From assembly GCA_021803945.1 (NCBI GenBank), contig JAJZKW010000004.1, positions 310 through 64,309 of the forward strand: a DNA stretch of 64,000 bases, given 5' to 3'. Positions 1 to 8,565 of this stretch are shown here, piece by piece. Source of the stretch: Candidatus Micrarchaeota archaeon. GTDB lineage: Archaea > Micrarchaeota > Micrarchaeia > Micrarchaeales > CABMGC01. Position 1 is the stretch's first letter; each line of letters starts with the position of its first letter. The notes beneath the pieces are model-generated. The model ran no database searches and had not been told where the DNA came from. It saw nothing but the letters and a program-made list of their open reading frames with translations. Position numbers and translations under genes: made by a program.

Positions 1-1225
1 ACCCGGGTATCTGCCACCCTACTGACTGAAGTTGCTCTGAGACATGCTTTGGGCTCTGGCCTGTCATCTCTATCCAGAAGGTGCCGAATATGACGCAGAG
101 GACAACGAGCATAAGCGTATACGTTATTATGTGCACCCACTCGGGTATGTAGGTTATGCCGCCCCATGGCATATAGAGCGGGCTTGACGCGGTAAGCAGG
201 TATGATACGTATGGACCGTATCCCCCTATCCCGTACGGAGCCGAGTAAGGAAGAGGGAAGTTGGGAGATATAAGATAAAGCAGGCCGCCGACAAGGGTCG
301 TAGACGTGCCTGTGCCAGTGGACTGCTTCTGGTAAAAGGCTATGAAATGGGCTACGTTTGCGAAGGATCCTCCGGCGCCTGCAAGAAACGAGAACCAGAC
401 AGTCATGGATATTATCAGGGATGTAGCAAGTATGACAGGAAGCACGCTCACGTAGAGGAACGGTATCGGCAGCCTTCCTCCTATTCCCCTCAGCTGGCTG
501 AATGCAAGAGGCAGCTCTACCTTCATGTCGTATGCATATATGCTTATCAGCATCACTATGATCGCGAAGAATAACGGGCCGAACGCCTCTATTGCGGCAG
601 GAAGCGCCCCTGCGCCTCCGGCTGCCAGGGCAGCCATGGCCTCAGGGACCAGTATGTTTACTGTTCCCCCTATGATCGAATATGCTACGCCGCCTGCGAT
701 GAAGAGATTTATCCCTGAAGTCAGGCCGTACTTCACCATGGTCTCGTCCAGGAATATGACTATTATCGCGCTTATCGTCAGCTGAAGCACGACAATACCG
801 AAGAAGCTCGGGTTGGCAAGCGGAACATACCCTGTTGAAGTGAATATTATTGACTCTATTATTGCTATGGCTATGGCCGCCATCTTCTGTATCGACTGGA
901 ACTTGCCCTTCTGCTGCGGGTCGTTCAGGTCTATCTTTATGAGCCCTGTGCCCTGTATCAGCTGGAGGACTATGCTGGATAGGACGATTGGACCTATGCC
1001 TACGGTGATTAGTGTGCCTGTCCTTGCGGCAAAGATTATGTTGATCAGCTGAAGCACTGGCTGCTTAAGTATGGTTATGTTGACTCCAAGCGCAGGGGTG
1101 CTGAACATTGCGAAGTAGATTATCATTATGGCTGCGGTCCACTTTAGCTTGTCCTTGAATGAGAGCGGCTTGGCTGGCTTCTTTATCTGAGGTATGAGAT
1201 TCCCTATAGTGTCCATTAGCCCCAT
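1..1225 (-). CDS. secY: Preprotein translocase SecY, 3'-truncated by window edge (about 408 N-terminal codons present)
   Basis: Own translation of the minus strand from the ATG at 1225-1223 gives MGLMDTIGNLIPQIKKPAKPLSFKDKLKWTAAIMIIYF...ARTGTLITVGIGPIVLSSIVLQLIQGTGLIKIDL... This is a multi-TM pattern with the GIxPxxxxxIxxQL signature of SecY/Sec61alpha. The frame stays open to position 1, so it is absent from the ORF track. Plus-strand ORFs 347-1052 are its antisense shadows. Confidence 0.85.
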   Translation of the reverse strand, partial: MGLMDTIGNLIPQIKKPAKPLSFKDKLKWTAAIMIIYFAMFSTPALGVNITILKQPVLQLINIIFAARTGTLITVGIGPIVLSSIVLQLIQGTGLIKIDLNDPQQKGKFQSIQKMAAIAIAIIESIIFTSTGYVPLANPSFFGIVVLQLTISAIIVIFLDETMVKYGLTSGINLFIAGGVAYSIIGGTVNILVPEAMAALAAGGAGALPAAIEAFGPLFFAIIVMLISIYAYDMKVELPLAFSQLRGIGGRLPIPFLYVSVLPVILATSLIISMTVWFSFLAGAGGSFANVAHFIAFYQKQSTGTGTSTTLVGGLLYLISPNFPLPYSAPYGIGGYGPYVSYLLTASSPLYMPWGGITYIPEWVHIITYTLMLVVLCVIFGTFWIEMTGQSPKHVSEQLQSVGWQIPG

Positions 1226-2206
1226 TTAATCCCTTTTTCTCCAGATCCCTATCACGGATGTATAGCTTTTGTCCTTGTTCGTAATGAAGTCGATATGCGT
1301 CTTCATCCCCGCAGACAGCGCAAACCCTGAAAGCAGCGCTGCGGGCACTGCGACGAAAGCCTGCATTGAATTATAGCTCTCGTATCGCAATTTTATAATG
1401 CTTTTGATTCCTCTCCGCTCGACCTTGGCGTCCTTGGCTCCGAAGTAGTTGGCTATGTTGGAGACGACTGAAGAGATGTGGGCGTTTGGCGAGATAGAGC
1501 CGAGCTTCTCCCCGGCCATGACCATAACCTTGAGTATCTGCTCTGAAATAGCCGAATCTGTAAGCGGCAGGTATGCCAGTATCCTGTAGTATTCCTCGCT
1601 CTGCTTTTTGTAGCAGCCTTCTTTGAGCGCATAGGCTATTGAATATGCCGCGTCATCTATGCCACAGCCCCGGAAAGTCTGCTTTGATGAGAGCGGCTCT
1701 GATATGAACTGGCATTCCGAGGAGCCGTTGTATATGCACCTTTTTTCTTCCGTGCATATCTTGGTCCCGGTATAGGTAGATAGGTATCCAGATATTACTC
1801 CGGACTCGTAGATGTGTATGTTGTGGTGTATCTGGGGAGGTCGGTATTCCTGATGTGGCTTTGAGGTGATTATGACCTTTTTTTCCGAAGGATAATACAA
1901 GGAGTCGTGGAGGCCGATGTTGTCCAGCACAGAGGTAAAGCCCTTTTCAGTGCCTGTCTTTAGAGTCATTGCCCTGCCTACAGAGAACCCGAACCCGTAT
2001 CCGAGCTCCGACATGCTCGGGGTCATGCTGTATATCAGGTTCTCGATGTCCGTGCCATTGGAGGCCTTTGCACCCTGCCTTATCACCATGTCTATCAGGA
2101 GGTCTTCGATGTCGGGGTTCGATGCGCCGGGCTTTGCAGTTTTAGCCCTTCCTTTTACTGCCGCCCTGTAGCCTTTGGCCTTTATCCTTGGCTTTTTCTT
2201 CTGCAT
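1226..2206 (-). CDS. V4R-domain protein (two V4R-like halves) with a basic N-terminal tail; function unknown
   Basis: YESGVISGYLSTYTGTKICTEEKRCIYNGSSECQFISEP matches the Cys-containing V4R (4-vinyl-reductase-type ligand-binding) pattern. The second half, LRYESYNS...PAALLSGFALSAG..., resembles V4R without the Cys. The stop (1226-1228) abuts the secY start (1225). Confidence 0.5.
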   Translation of the reverse strand: MQKKKPRIKAKGYRAAVKGRAKTAKPGASNPDIEDLLIDMVIRQGAKASNGTDIENLIYSMTPSMSELGYGFGFSVGRAMTLKTGTEKGFTSVLDNIGLHDSLYYPSEKKVIITSKPHQEYRPPQIHHNIHIYESGVISGYLSTYTGTKICTEEKRCIYNGSSECQFISEPLSSKQTFRGCGIDDAAYSIAYALKEGCYKKQSEEYYRILAYLPLTDSAISEQILKVMVMAGEKLGSISPNAHISSVVSNIANYFGAKDAKVERRGIKSIIKLRYESYNSMQAFVAVPAALLSGFALSAGMKTHIDFITNKDKSYTSVIGIWRKRD

Positions 2207-2276
2207 GTGCCACCCTTTTCAGTGCAATAATAAATTTACGCAAAGACATATATTATCTCTTCAATCCTTATTTAGC

Positions 2277-3839
2277 ATGGACTTTTTAGGGCTTGTGCTG
2301 ATGCTGCTTGTAGACACGTCGGCATCGTGGGTCAGGATGTTCATAGCCTTAGGAGCGTCCGTTGCAATAAGCATATTTGTTGGAATATATGCAGCGACAT
2401 CGCCCATAGGGGAGCGTATAATAATACCTGTGGTTGATGTGCTGCAGACAATCCCCATACTCGCATTCTTCCCTTTTGCCATATTCGTTTTTGTGGCAGT
2501 GCTTCCGGGATACATCGGGATAAACGCCGCTGTGATATTTTTGATCATAACGAGCATGATATGGAACATAATATTCGGGGTTTATGAGGCGGTAAAGACA
2601 ATCCCGAACGAATTTATTGAGCTTGCGGGCATCTATCACTTCGACTTCTGGAGCAAGCTGAGGAGGATATACCTGCCTGCGAGCATGCCCAGGATAGTGG
2701 AACAGTCCATACTCTCATGGGCGATAGGGCTTTTCTACCTGGTTACCAGCGAAATATTCTCAACTGGGAACGCGAGCTATAAGGTCACATACGGGATAGG
2801 CAGCGCGCTTCCTGGCCTGGCAGCGCAGGGAATAGTTCCGTACATCACTGCAATTATAGTATTCGTAGCCTTTGTGATAGCGACAAGGTTCCTCTTCTTC
2901 AGGCCGTGGGAAAACTATGCCACTAGGTACATGAGAGGCAGCGGAGCAGGAAAAGGCAGGCTAGACTTTCCTAGGTACGAAAAGATGGCGCTTGACTGGA
3001 TAGGACAGAAGATTCCGAGGAATCGCGCCGTGTTTGACAGGGAAGGGTTCAGCGTGGGCGCAGTCAGGCGCACGCGGCGGGTTCAGGCCGCAGGCTCGGT
3101 TGCGGCGGGAGGAGGGAGGCTCTATCCCGCTATTGCGGTCGTTATCGCGTTCCTGGCAGGATACGCAATAATGTCGAACAGCACATTGAGAGGATACGAG
3201 ATGACAGTGCTGCCTGCCCTGGCCGCATCGTTCGCTAGGGTCTGGGCGGCTTTTGTGATAATGCTGGCGATAGCGATCCCTGCCTGCATCTATCTCATTT
3301 TTGTGGCAAAAAGAAGCTCGAACTACATGGTATTTTTCCAGATAGTGGCGTCTATACCGGCTACAATATTGCTGCCTGCAATAGTGCTCGAGGTGCCGCA
3401 CGGCGAACCTGTCGCTTTTGCGGTGTTCATACTCAGTGGGATATGGTATGTGATATTTGGCATCATGGCAAGCGCAAGGACGCTCCAGAACAGCGTGTTT
3501 GAAGTCAGGAAGATGTTTGGGGTGACTGGTAAGAACGCTTGGAAGAGCATATACCTGAAGGCGATACTTCCAGGCCTGATAACCGGCTCTGTTACTGGAA
3601 TCGCGGCGGAGTGGAACGCCAGCATAGTCGCAGAATACTACACCTCCGGAGGCATATCAGGTACTACTGTCATAAGCAGCGTTGGAACAGGGATAGGGAA
3701 GCTGCTTGACACTGCAATAGCAAGCGGAGGCCTTGAACTTATGGCTATAGCCCTTTTAAACCTAGTCGTTATGATAATCCTGATAGATACTTTCGTATGG
3801 AAAAGGTATTACAAGAAGATAGCAAAGATGTATAGTTGA
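2277..3839 (+). CDS. ABC transporter permease, fused double BPD-type domain (NitT/TauT nitrate/sulfonate/bicarbonate-like)
   Basis: About 12 TM segments in two similar halves. Each half has the permease EAA-like loop (VYEAVKTIPNEFIELAGIY... and MASARTLQNSVFEVRKMFG...). The start was moved to the ATG at 2277 because TATA-like CATATATTAT (2247-2256) lies inside the track ORF and 2175-2206 overlaps the divergent gene. Confidence 0.75.
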   Translation: MDFLGLVLMLLVDTSASWVRMFIALGASVAISIFVGIYAATSPIGERIIIPVVDVLQTIPILAFFPFAIFVFVAVLPGYIGINAAVIFLIITSMIWNIIFGVYEAVKTIPNEFIELAGIYHFDFWSKLRRIYLPASMPRIVEQSILSWAIGLFYLVTSEIFSTGNASYKVTYGIGSALPGLAAQGIVPYITAIIVFVAFVIATRFLFFRPWENYATRYMRGSGAGKGRLDFPRYEKMALDWIGQKIPRNRAVFDREGFSVGAVRRTRRVQAAGSVAAGGGRLYPAIAVVIAFLAGYAIMSNSTLRGYEMTVLPALAASFARVWAAFVIMLAIAIPACIYLIFVAKRSSNYMVFFQIVASIPATILLPAIVLEVPHGEPVAFAVFILSGIWYVIFGIMASARTLQNSVFEVRKMFGVTGKNAWKSIYLKAILPGLITGSVTGIAAEWNASIVAEYYTSGGISGTTVISSVGTGIGKLLDTAIASGGLELMAIALLNLVVMIILIDTFVWKRYYKKIAKMYS

Positions 3840-3843
3840 TTTT

Positions 3844-4590
3844 ATGATTATGATGTCTGTCGAGAATGTTTCGTTTGTGTTCAAGAACAGCAATCTTGAG
3901 ATAATGGATGATGTATCCTTTTCTGTTAACAAAGGCGAATTCGTGTCTATAATAGGGCCATCCGGATGCGGCAAGAGCACGTTGCTCAGGATAATGGCCG
4001 GGCTCATAGAGCCGAGCTCTGGGCGCGTTGTGTTCATGAAAAAGGAGATACACAGCCCGAACAGCAAGATCTCGTTCGTATTCCAGGACTTCGCTCTGCT
4101 TCCGTGGCTCACGAACCTTGAAAACGTGAAGCTCGGGCTGTCGTTCTCAAGGATAAGCGAAGCGGAGAAGAACAAGAAGGCTTCTGAGATACTTGAGAGG
4201 TTCGCCCTGGGCGGCTTTGAGGACCACTATCCGAACGTGCTCAGCGGAGGCATGAAGCAGAGGGTAGGAATTGCGAGGGCTATAGCATCTGAGCCGCAAG
4301 TACTGCTCATGGACGAGCCATTCAGCTCGCTTGACGAGCTCACTGCAAATACCTTGAGGTCGGATATAATACAGATGCTTGAGAACAAGAACATATCCGT
4401 CAATTCGGTGATCATGGTCACCCATAATGTTGAGGAGGCGGTTGAGCTGTCTGACAAGATAGTCGTCCTGTCCGACAAGCCGTCTCGCGTGAAGAAGATA
4501 ATAAAAATACGCTCCGGCAGGCCGAGGAACAGGAAGTCCGAACAATTCCTGGAGTTGATAGACGAGATATACGCGGTGCTTGCGCAGTAG
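3844..4590 (+). CDS. ABC transporter ATP-binding protein (NitT/TauT family, SsuB/TauB-like)
   Basis: Walker A GPSGCGKST, Q-loop, ABC signature LSGGMKQRVGIARA, Walker B LLLMDEPFSSLD and H-loop VTHN. Lies 4 nt downstream of the permease. Confidence 0.9.
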   Translation: MIMMSVENVSFVFKNSNLEIMDDVSFSVNKGEFVSIIGPSGCGKSTLLRIMAGLIEPSSGRVVFMKKEIHSPNSKISFVFQDFALLPWLTNLENVKLGLSFSRISEAEKNKKASEILERFALGGFEDHYPNVLSGGMKQRVGIARAIASEPQVLLMDEPFSSLDELTANTLRSDIIQMLENKNISVNSVIMVTHNVEEAVELSDKIVVLSDKPSRVKKIIKIRSGRPRNRKSEQFLELIDEIYAVLAQ

Positions 4591-4608
4591 GCTGTGGGCG
4601 GAGCTTTT

Positions 4609-5082
4609 CTAGGCCTTTTTCCATGTATCTTCTTCTACGTTGTATCTCAGAAGCCCCGCTCTGACCCCCCAGCGAATCAGGAGCTTCTTAAGAAGCGCTT
4701 CGTTTGTCAGCTCTTCCCCGTGAACTACTATCGACCTGCTCTTCAACTTCGAGAAGAGCTCCTGTGATGGGATTTCCTTGTTTCCGAGTATCTTTACAGT
4801 GCTCTTGAACGGTTCTACGTTGACAAGCCCGGCTTTTATTGACTTTGAAAAATTTGAAAATGTCAGCTGCGCGCCCTTTTCTGTGAGCCTTAGCTCTGAC
4901 TCGTCAACATTGACGAAGCCTAGTAGTTTGCATGCCTCTATGAGGGGCAGGAGGTCGTCTATATCCTCTTCTGACTCTTCGGCCAGCTCTGACATCTCCA
5001 TATGCCCGTTGTTCTGCTTGACCAGGCTTATGATGCCGCGGACCCTGCTTATTCCTGTGTTTAAAGGGAAAAGGTCATCCAT
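4609..5082 (-). CDS. AAA-associated-domain protein (stand-alone version of the C-terminal domain found on NitT/TauT ABC ATPases)
   Basis: MDDLFPLNTGISRVRGIISLVKQNNGHMEMSELAEESEEDIDDLLPLIEACKLLGFVNVDESELRLTEKG... is the pattern I recognise from the ABC-ATPase-associated domain. The start is set at internal Met156 (ATG complement 5082-5080). The upstream 155 codons of the track ORF are low-complexity and run through the divergent promoter. Confidence 0.5.
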   Translation of the reverse strand: MDDLFPLNTGISRVRGIISLVKQNNGHMEMSELAEESEEDIDDLLPLIEACKLLGFVNVDESELRLTEKGAQLTFSNFSKSIKAGLVNVEPFKSTVKILGNKEIPSQELFSKLKSRSIVVHGEELTNEALLKKLLIRWGVRAGLLRYNVEEDTWKKA

Positions 5083-5236
5083 GCTCTCTATTTGGATAAT
5101 AAAGCTTTTAAGCGTGTGTCCTAACGACAGTTTGGGGTTTCGGGGCCTTGCATGCCGCAGGGCTTTGGCTTGGCAGGAAGGAAATGCAGGATACGGGAAC
5201 TTATATTTAATACGAACTCCTATTTTAACTTGACGG

Positions 5237-5273
5237 TCTGGTTTTGTCTGCAGATTAAATTTAAATAACCAGA
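5237..5273 (+). promoter_or_regulatory. TATA-like ATTAAATTTAAATA (5254-5267) bracketed by the 7-bp inverted repeat TCTGGTT/AACCAGA
   Basis: Read directly. The TATA centre is about 21 nt upstream of ATG 5281 (leaderless-type spacing). Confidence 0.4.
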
Positions 5274-5280
5274 ACAGGTT

Positions 5281-8043
5281 ATGGATATATCGTGGGTGAC
5301 ATTTATGGACAACAAAGCGGAGCTTGGGAATGGTGAATTTAGAATATTTACTATATCTGAGATTGGCGGCGGAACCAGATATATGTTTGGGGATGGCCTC
5401 ATAGGCCTTGCTCAGATCTTTAAAAGTATGTCTGAAAATGAAAAGCCGGACATGTTCGTGATAAGCGGAGGTGTGCTTCCAGAGATCCCTACAAAGGGCG
5501 GACCGCGGAATGACGACAGATTGCGTGTGCTTATTGATGGTGTTCAAGACTTTTCAGGAGCAGCGGCAGTAGTAGAGCCTCACATGGAAAGACTCTTCTC
5601 CGTACTTCCTACAACAACTGAGATTGTTTATGTAATGGGAAGCTCTGACAGGATCAATAAAGAAAGCATAAAGGATTATTATAATTTATTATATTCTAAG
5701 GTAAAGGAGACTATAAAGAAAAATGGTGAGTTAAACCTTTTTACACTTAGCGTAAAGGAAATAAAGACAGATATTAACTCAAGAGAAGAAATGCTCAAAG
5801 CAACCAGAGAGGGAATAGTGCAATTTGAGGCACAGCTTGCTTCTGCCAATAATCAGGAAGAGAGGGATCGTGTTTTTATTGATCTGGGAAAAGCTAAGGC
5901 CAGTTTCAAACTGAACAAGGAGAGAATTCATGAGCTTGAGGAAAAGAGAGTGCTTTTTGGGAAACTCGAGGAAATCATAAAAAACGCTGTTGGGCCTGAT
6001 GACTGGCAAAAACTCATAGATAGTACTAGAAAGCAGTTATCGGCAGTTACAGCAAAACGGAAGAAACTGAATAAAGTTAAGAAAGAGAAAGAAACTGCGG
6101 AGCAAGCCTCAAAGAGAATGGCAAAGGATGCTCAATTGCAGAGTGAGGCAAAAACCCTGAGCAATAAGCTAAAGCAGCTCCAACATAGGCTCAGGGAAAG
6201 CATAGACAGGAATGTGACTGATGACAGAGACTCACGGCTAGGGAGCATAAACAGACACAATCATAGGACACCAACGCCAAAGGATGCGACTGATATAATT
6301 GACAGGATAGTCGAGATAGAATATATGACGCATATAAGAGATGCGTTTGGGAGGAAGAGGGAAATAAGGATACAGGAAGATACCACTGACATATATCAGA
6401 AGAGAGTAGGATCGTTTAATTTTAGTGTGGTGTTGAGAAATGTGCTTGCGCAGGAGAGTAGGACAGCATACAATATAGGAAGCAATGATAACGTTCCTGT
6501 AAAGTTCTACGAAGAATTTCAAGACGGCGGAAGGCGAAAGGAGATTGAAAGTACTGGGCTGACTGTGGTAGTTGAGGGAGGTCATGGACATACTTCGTTT
6601 GCAATGGATCTGTTGCAAGATCAAGACCCTGGAATTATGGCGGTGCTTGTAAAGGGTCCTTTCCTTGATAAGAAAGTGGTGAGTAAACTCTTTACTAAAG
6701 GGGTGATAACAACAATAACTAGTGGGTCACGACAAAAAATTGATGTGTGCGCGAGTGAAATTACAATACACGGTGATGGAGGATTGGAACATAGAATAAT
6801 AGGAGCAGAGGTATTCCGTGATGAACGGATTAAAAGTGATAAAAAAGAAGCGGAGAAACTTGAAGAAATAGTTACTAAAGTACGTGAAGGGACTGGAGTA
6901 CCAGTAGGGGGAGAGAACAGCGAACTTTCAAGAGCAATTGCAAAAAGTTTTAGAATTAGTGAGCTTCCAGATACCATCACGCCGTTTTTGGATGAACAAC
7001 TGGTGAAGGCGCTTGTGCCTTATTTAGATGCTGCAGATCCACAGAAACTACGAGAAGTCACAATGGCACTTTTTAATGATATTCATATGGGGCATTATAC
7101 AGACCTTGATCTTTTAGAAGCGTCTGTGGCGGATGCGATCAAAAAGAAACCAGATGTGCTTGTATTTGGAGGCGATAACCTAGACGGGAAGTTGAGAGGT
7201 CAGCATGATGAAGCAAGACCAGAGAATATACTTTACAATATGGTAATGTATGAAAAATGGTTAAAAGCACAAGGATTTGATGAACTAAATGTGCTTAGAA
7301 TTTTAGAAGACAGGAGAAAAAAGCAGGACATTAATGAAATACTAAATGTAGACGCCCAAGCAAAAGCGTTGATAGACAGGATGGCACCTTTGATAATAGA
7401 TGTTATACGGCGAGGAGGCAATATTGTGCTGGTGTCAGGCAACCATTATAATGGGTCACTACCAAACGATTCGACAAGAGATGAAGCCACTGTCTTAGAT
7501 GGTGCTGTAAAGCTTTTTCTTATGGGTCAAGAGGGTCTTCCACAGGACTGGGAAGACCATATAAAAACAGTTAGGGGAGGTAAATCGGTGGCAGAGCCAT
7601 TCAAACTAGAGGTAGCGCCTGCAGAAGGCGAAGAGGAGCAGATTAGATATAGTACAGATATTAGTATTAGGCATGCACTTGCAGCTAGTTTTAGGGGAAT
7701 GGTTGGGCTTGTAAATAGGAAAAGGAGTAAGGATGCATTGACAGTATTTGGCGATAAACACTCAATAAGAGGAGTATTAACTGGGGAACAATTAATAGTG
7801 GAGGGGCAGAGCATGCAGAGGACAGGTACCAGCCCGTATGTAAAAACACTAGGCGTTCCTACAACAATAGAGGATCCGCTTGCGGGTTACACTAGTTTGA
7901 AGTTGAAGATAAAAGGAGAGAATATTGTTGAAAGCGTTCAGCAGCCTGTAGGCAGGGCACAACTTGTGAGGAGAGATTGGGATACGCTGTGGGCGCGGTT
8001 CCAAAAAGAAACAAGCACAATAAAAGTAAAGGCAATGGCTTAG
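5281..8043 (+). CDS. 920-aa tandem calcineurin-like metallophosphoesterase: N-terminal degenerate copy with a coiled-coil insertion, plus a C-terminal copy with intact motifs
   Basis: The C-terminal half carries motifs in canonical order: FNDIHMGH (D600/H602), VFGGDNLDG (D632), VSGNHYN (N721/H722) and FGDKHS (~H827). The N-terminal half has the same spacing with catalytic residues replaced: ISEIGGG, VISGGVLPE, VMGSSDR, EGGHGH (H435/H437). About aa 150-330 are heptad-like and K/E/Q/L-rich (coiled coil). G+C is clearly lower than in the neighbours. Confidence 0.6.
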   Translation: MDISWVTFMDNKAELGNGEFRIFTISEIGGGTRYMFGDGLIGLAQIFKSMSENEKPDMFVISGGVLPEIPTKGGPRNDDRLRVLIDGVQDFSGAAAVVEPHMERLFSVLPTTTEIVYVMGSSDRINKESIKDYYNLLYSKVKETIKKNGELNLFTLSVKEIKTDINSREEMLKATREGIVQFEAQLASANNQEERDRVFIDLGKAKASFKLNKERIHELEEKRVLFGKLEEIIKNAVGPDDWQKLIDSTRKQLSAVTAKRKKLNKVKKEKETAEQASKRMAKDAQLQSEAKTLSNKLKQLQHRLRESIDRNVTDDRDSRLGSINRHNHRTPTPKDATDIIDRIVEIEYMTHIRDAFGRKREIRIQEDTTDIYQKRVGSFNFSVVLRNVLAQESRTAYNIGSNDNVPVKFYEEFQDGGRRKEIESTGLTVVVEGGHGHTSFAMDLLQDQDPGIMAVLVKGPFLDKKVVSKLFTKGVITTITSGSRQKIDVCASEITIHGDGGLEHRIIGAEVFRDERIKSDKKEAEKLEEIVTKVREGTGVPVGGENSELSRAIAKSFRISELPDTITPFLDEQLVKALVPYLDAADPQKLREVTMALFNDIHMGHYTDLDLLEASVADAIKKKPDVLVFGGDNLDGKLRGQHDEARPENILYNMVMYEKWLKAQGFDELNVLRILEDRRKKQDINEILNVDAQAKALIDRMAPLIIDVIRRGGNIVLVSGNHYNGSLPNDSTRDEATVLDGAVKLFLMGQEGLPQDWEDHIKTVRGGKSVAEPFKLEVAPAEGEEEQIRYSTDISIRHALAASFRGMVGLVNRKRSKDALTVFGDKHSIRGVLTGEQLIVEGQSMQRTGTSPYVKTLGVPTTIEDPLAGYTSLKLKIKGENIVESVQQPVGRAQLVRRDWDTLWARFQKETSTIKVKAMA

Positions 8044-8048
8044 CACGT

Positions 8049-8558
8049 TTATTTCTTCGACTTCCTTGAAGAGATGGGTGTGATCTTTCCTAGATAGTAG
8101 TATACAAGAATTACATTAAGGGTTATCATTGATGATAAAATCCATATCTGGTACGAATTTATGGCTGACGCTATTCCTGCGGCCTGAAGCACGCTGACCC
8201 CGAAGAAAAGCAGAACAGACTCGAGGAGAGGGAAGGCGCAGCCGCAGCTTGCAACCAGGCCGCCGAGGGACGGAATGAGTATCCCTTCTATGCTGCCTAA
8301 TTCACCCATCCTTCTCGAAGCGATGGAATGCCATATGGCATACAGGCTTATCGAAAAGATTGCGCCTGAAGTGATGACAAGCGCGTATATTATGTACATC
8401 GGTATTAGGACAAGGAAGATTCCGTGGTTGTTGACTTCTATCAAGTATCTGAACAGGTAGAAAAATAATATTGATGCTGCAGCCGCGATCATCATATATG
8501 CAGGCTTGCTGAATATCCGTATTGCGGTGTCCAGCCTTGTGCCTGTTCTATGTTTCAT
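8049..8558 (-). CDS. Small integral membrane protein (4 predicted TM) with an intramembrane SCGCAFP motif
   Basis: Four hydrophobic stretches. The only cysteines form C-G-C followed by Pro inside TM3. Starts 7 nt downstream of the DUF929 gene, so it is probably co-transcribed. Confidence 0.5.
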   Translation of the reverse strand: MKHRTGTRLDTAIRIFSKPAYMMIAAAASILFFYLFRYLIEVNNHGIFLVLIPMYIIYALVITSGAIFSISLYAIWHSIASRRMGELGSIEGILIPSLGGLVASCGCAFPLLESVLLFFGVSVLQAAGIASAINSYQIWILSSMITLNVILVYYYLGKITPISSRKSKK

Positions 8559-8565
8559 TTTCAGC

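Noticed and set aside
5083-5547. The N-terminal 155 codons of the 312-aa track ORF (4609-5547, minus strand).
   Set aside because: It is low-complexity and basic, runs across the divergent promoter and into the 5281 gene, and the recognisable domain starts at Met156.
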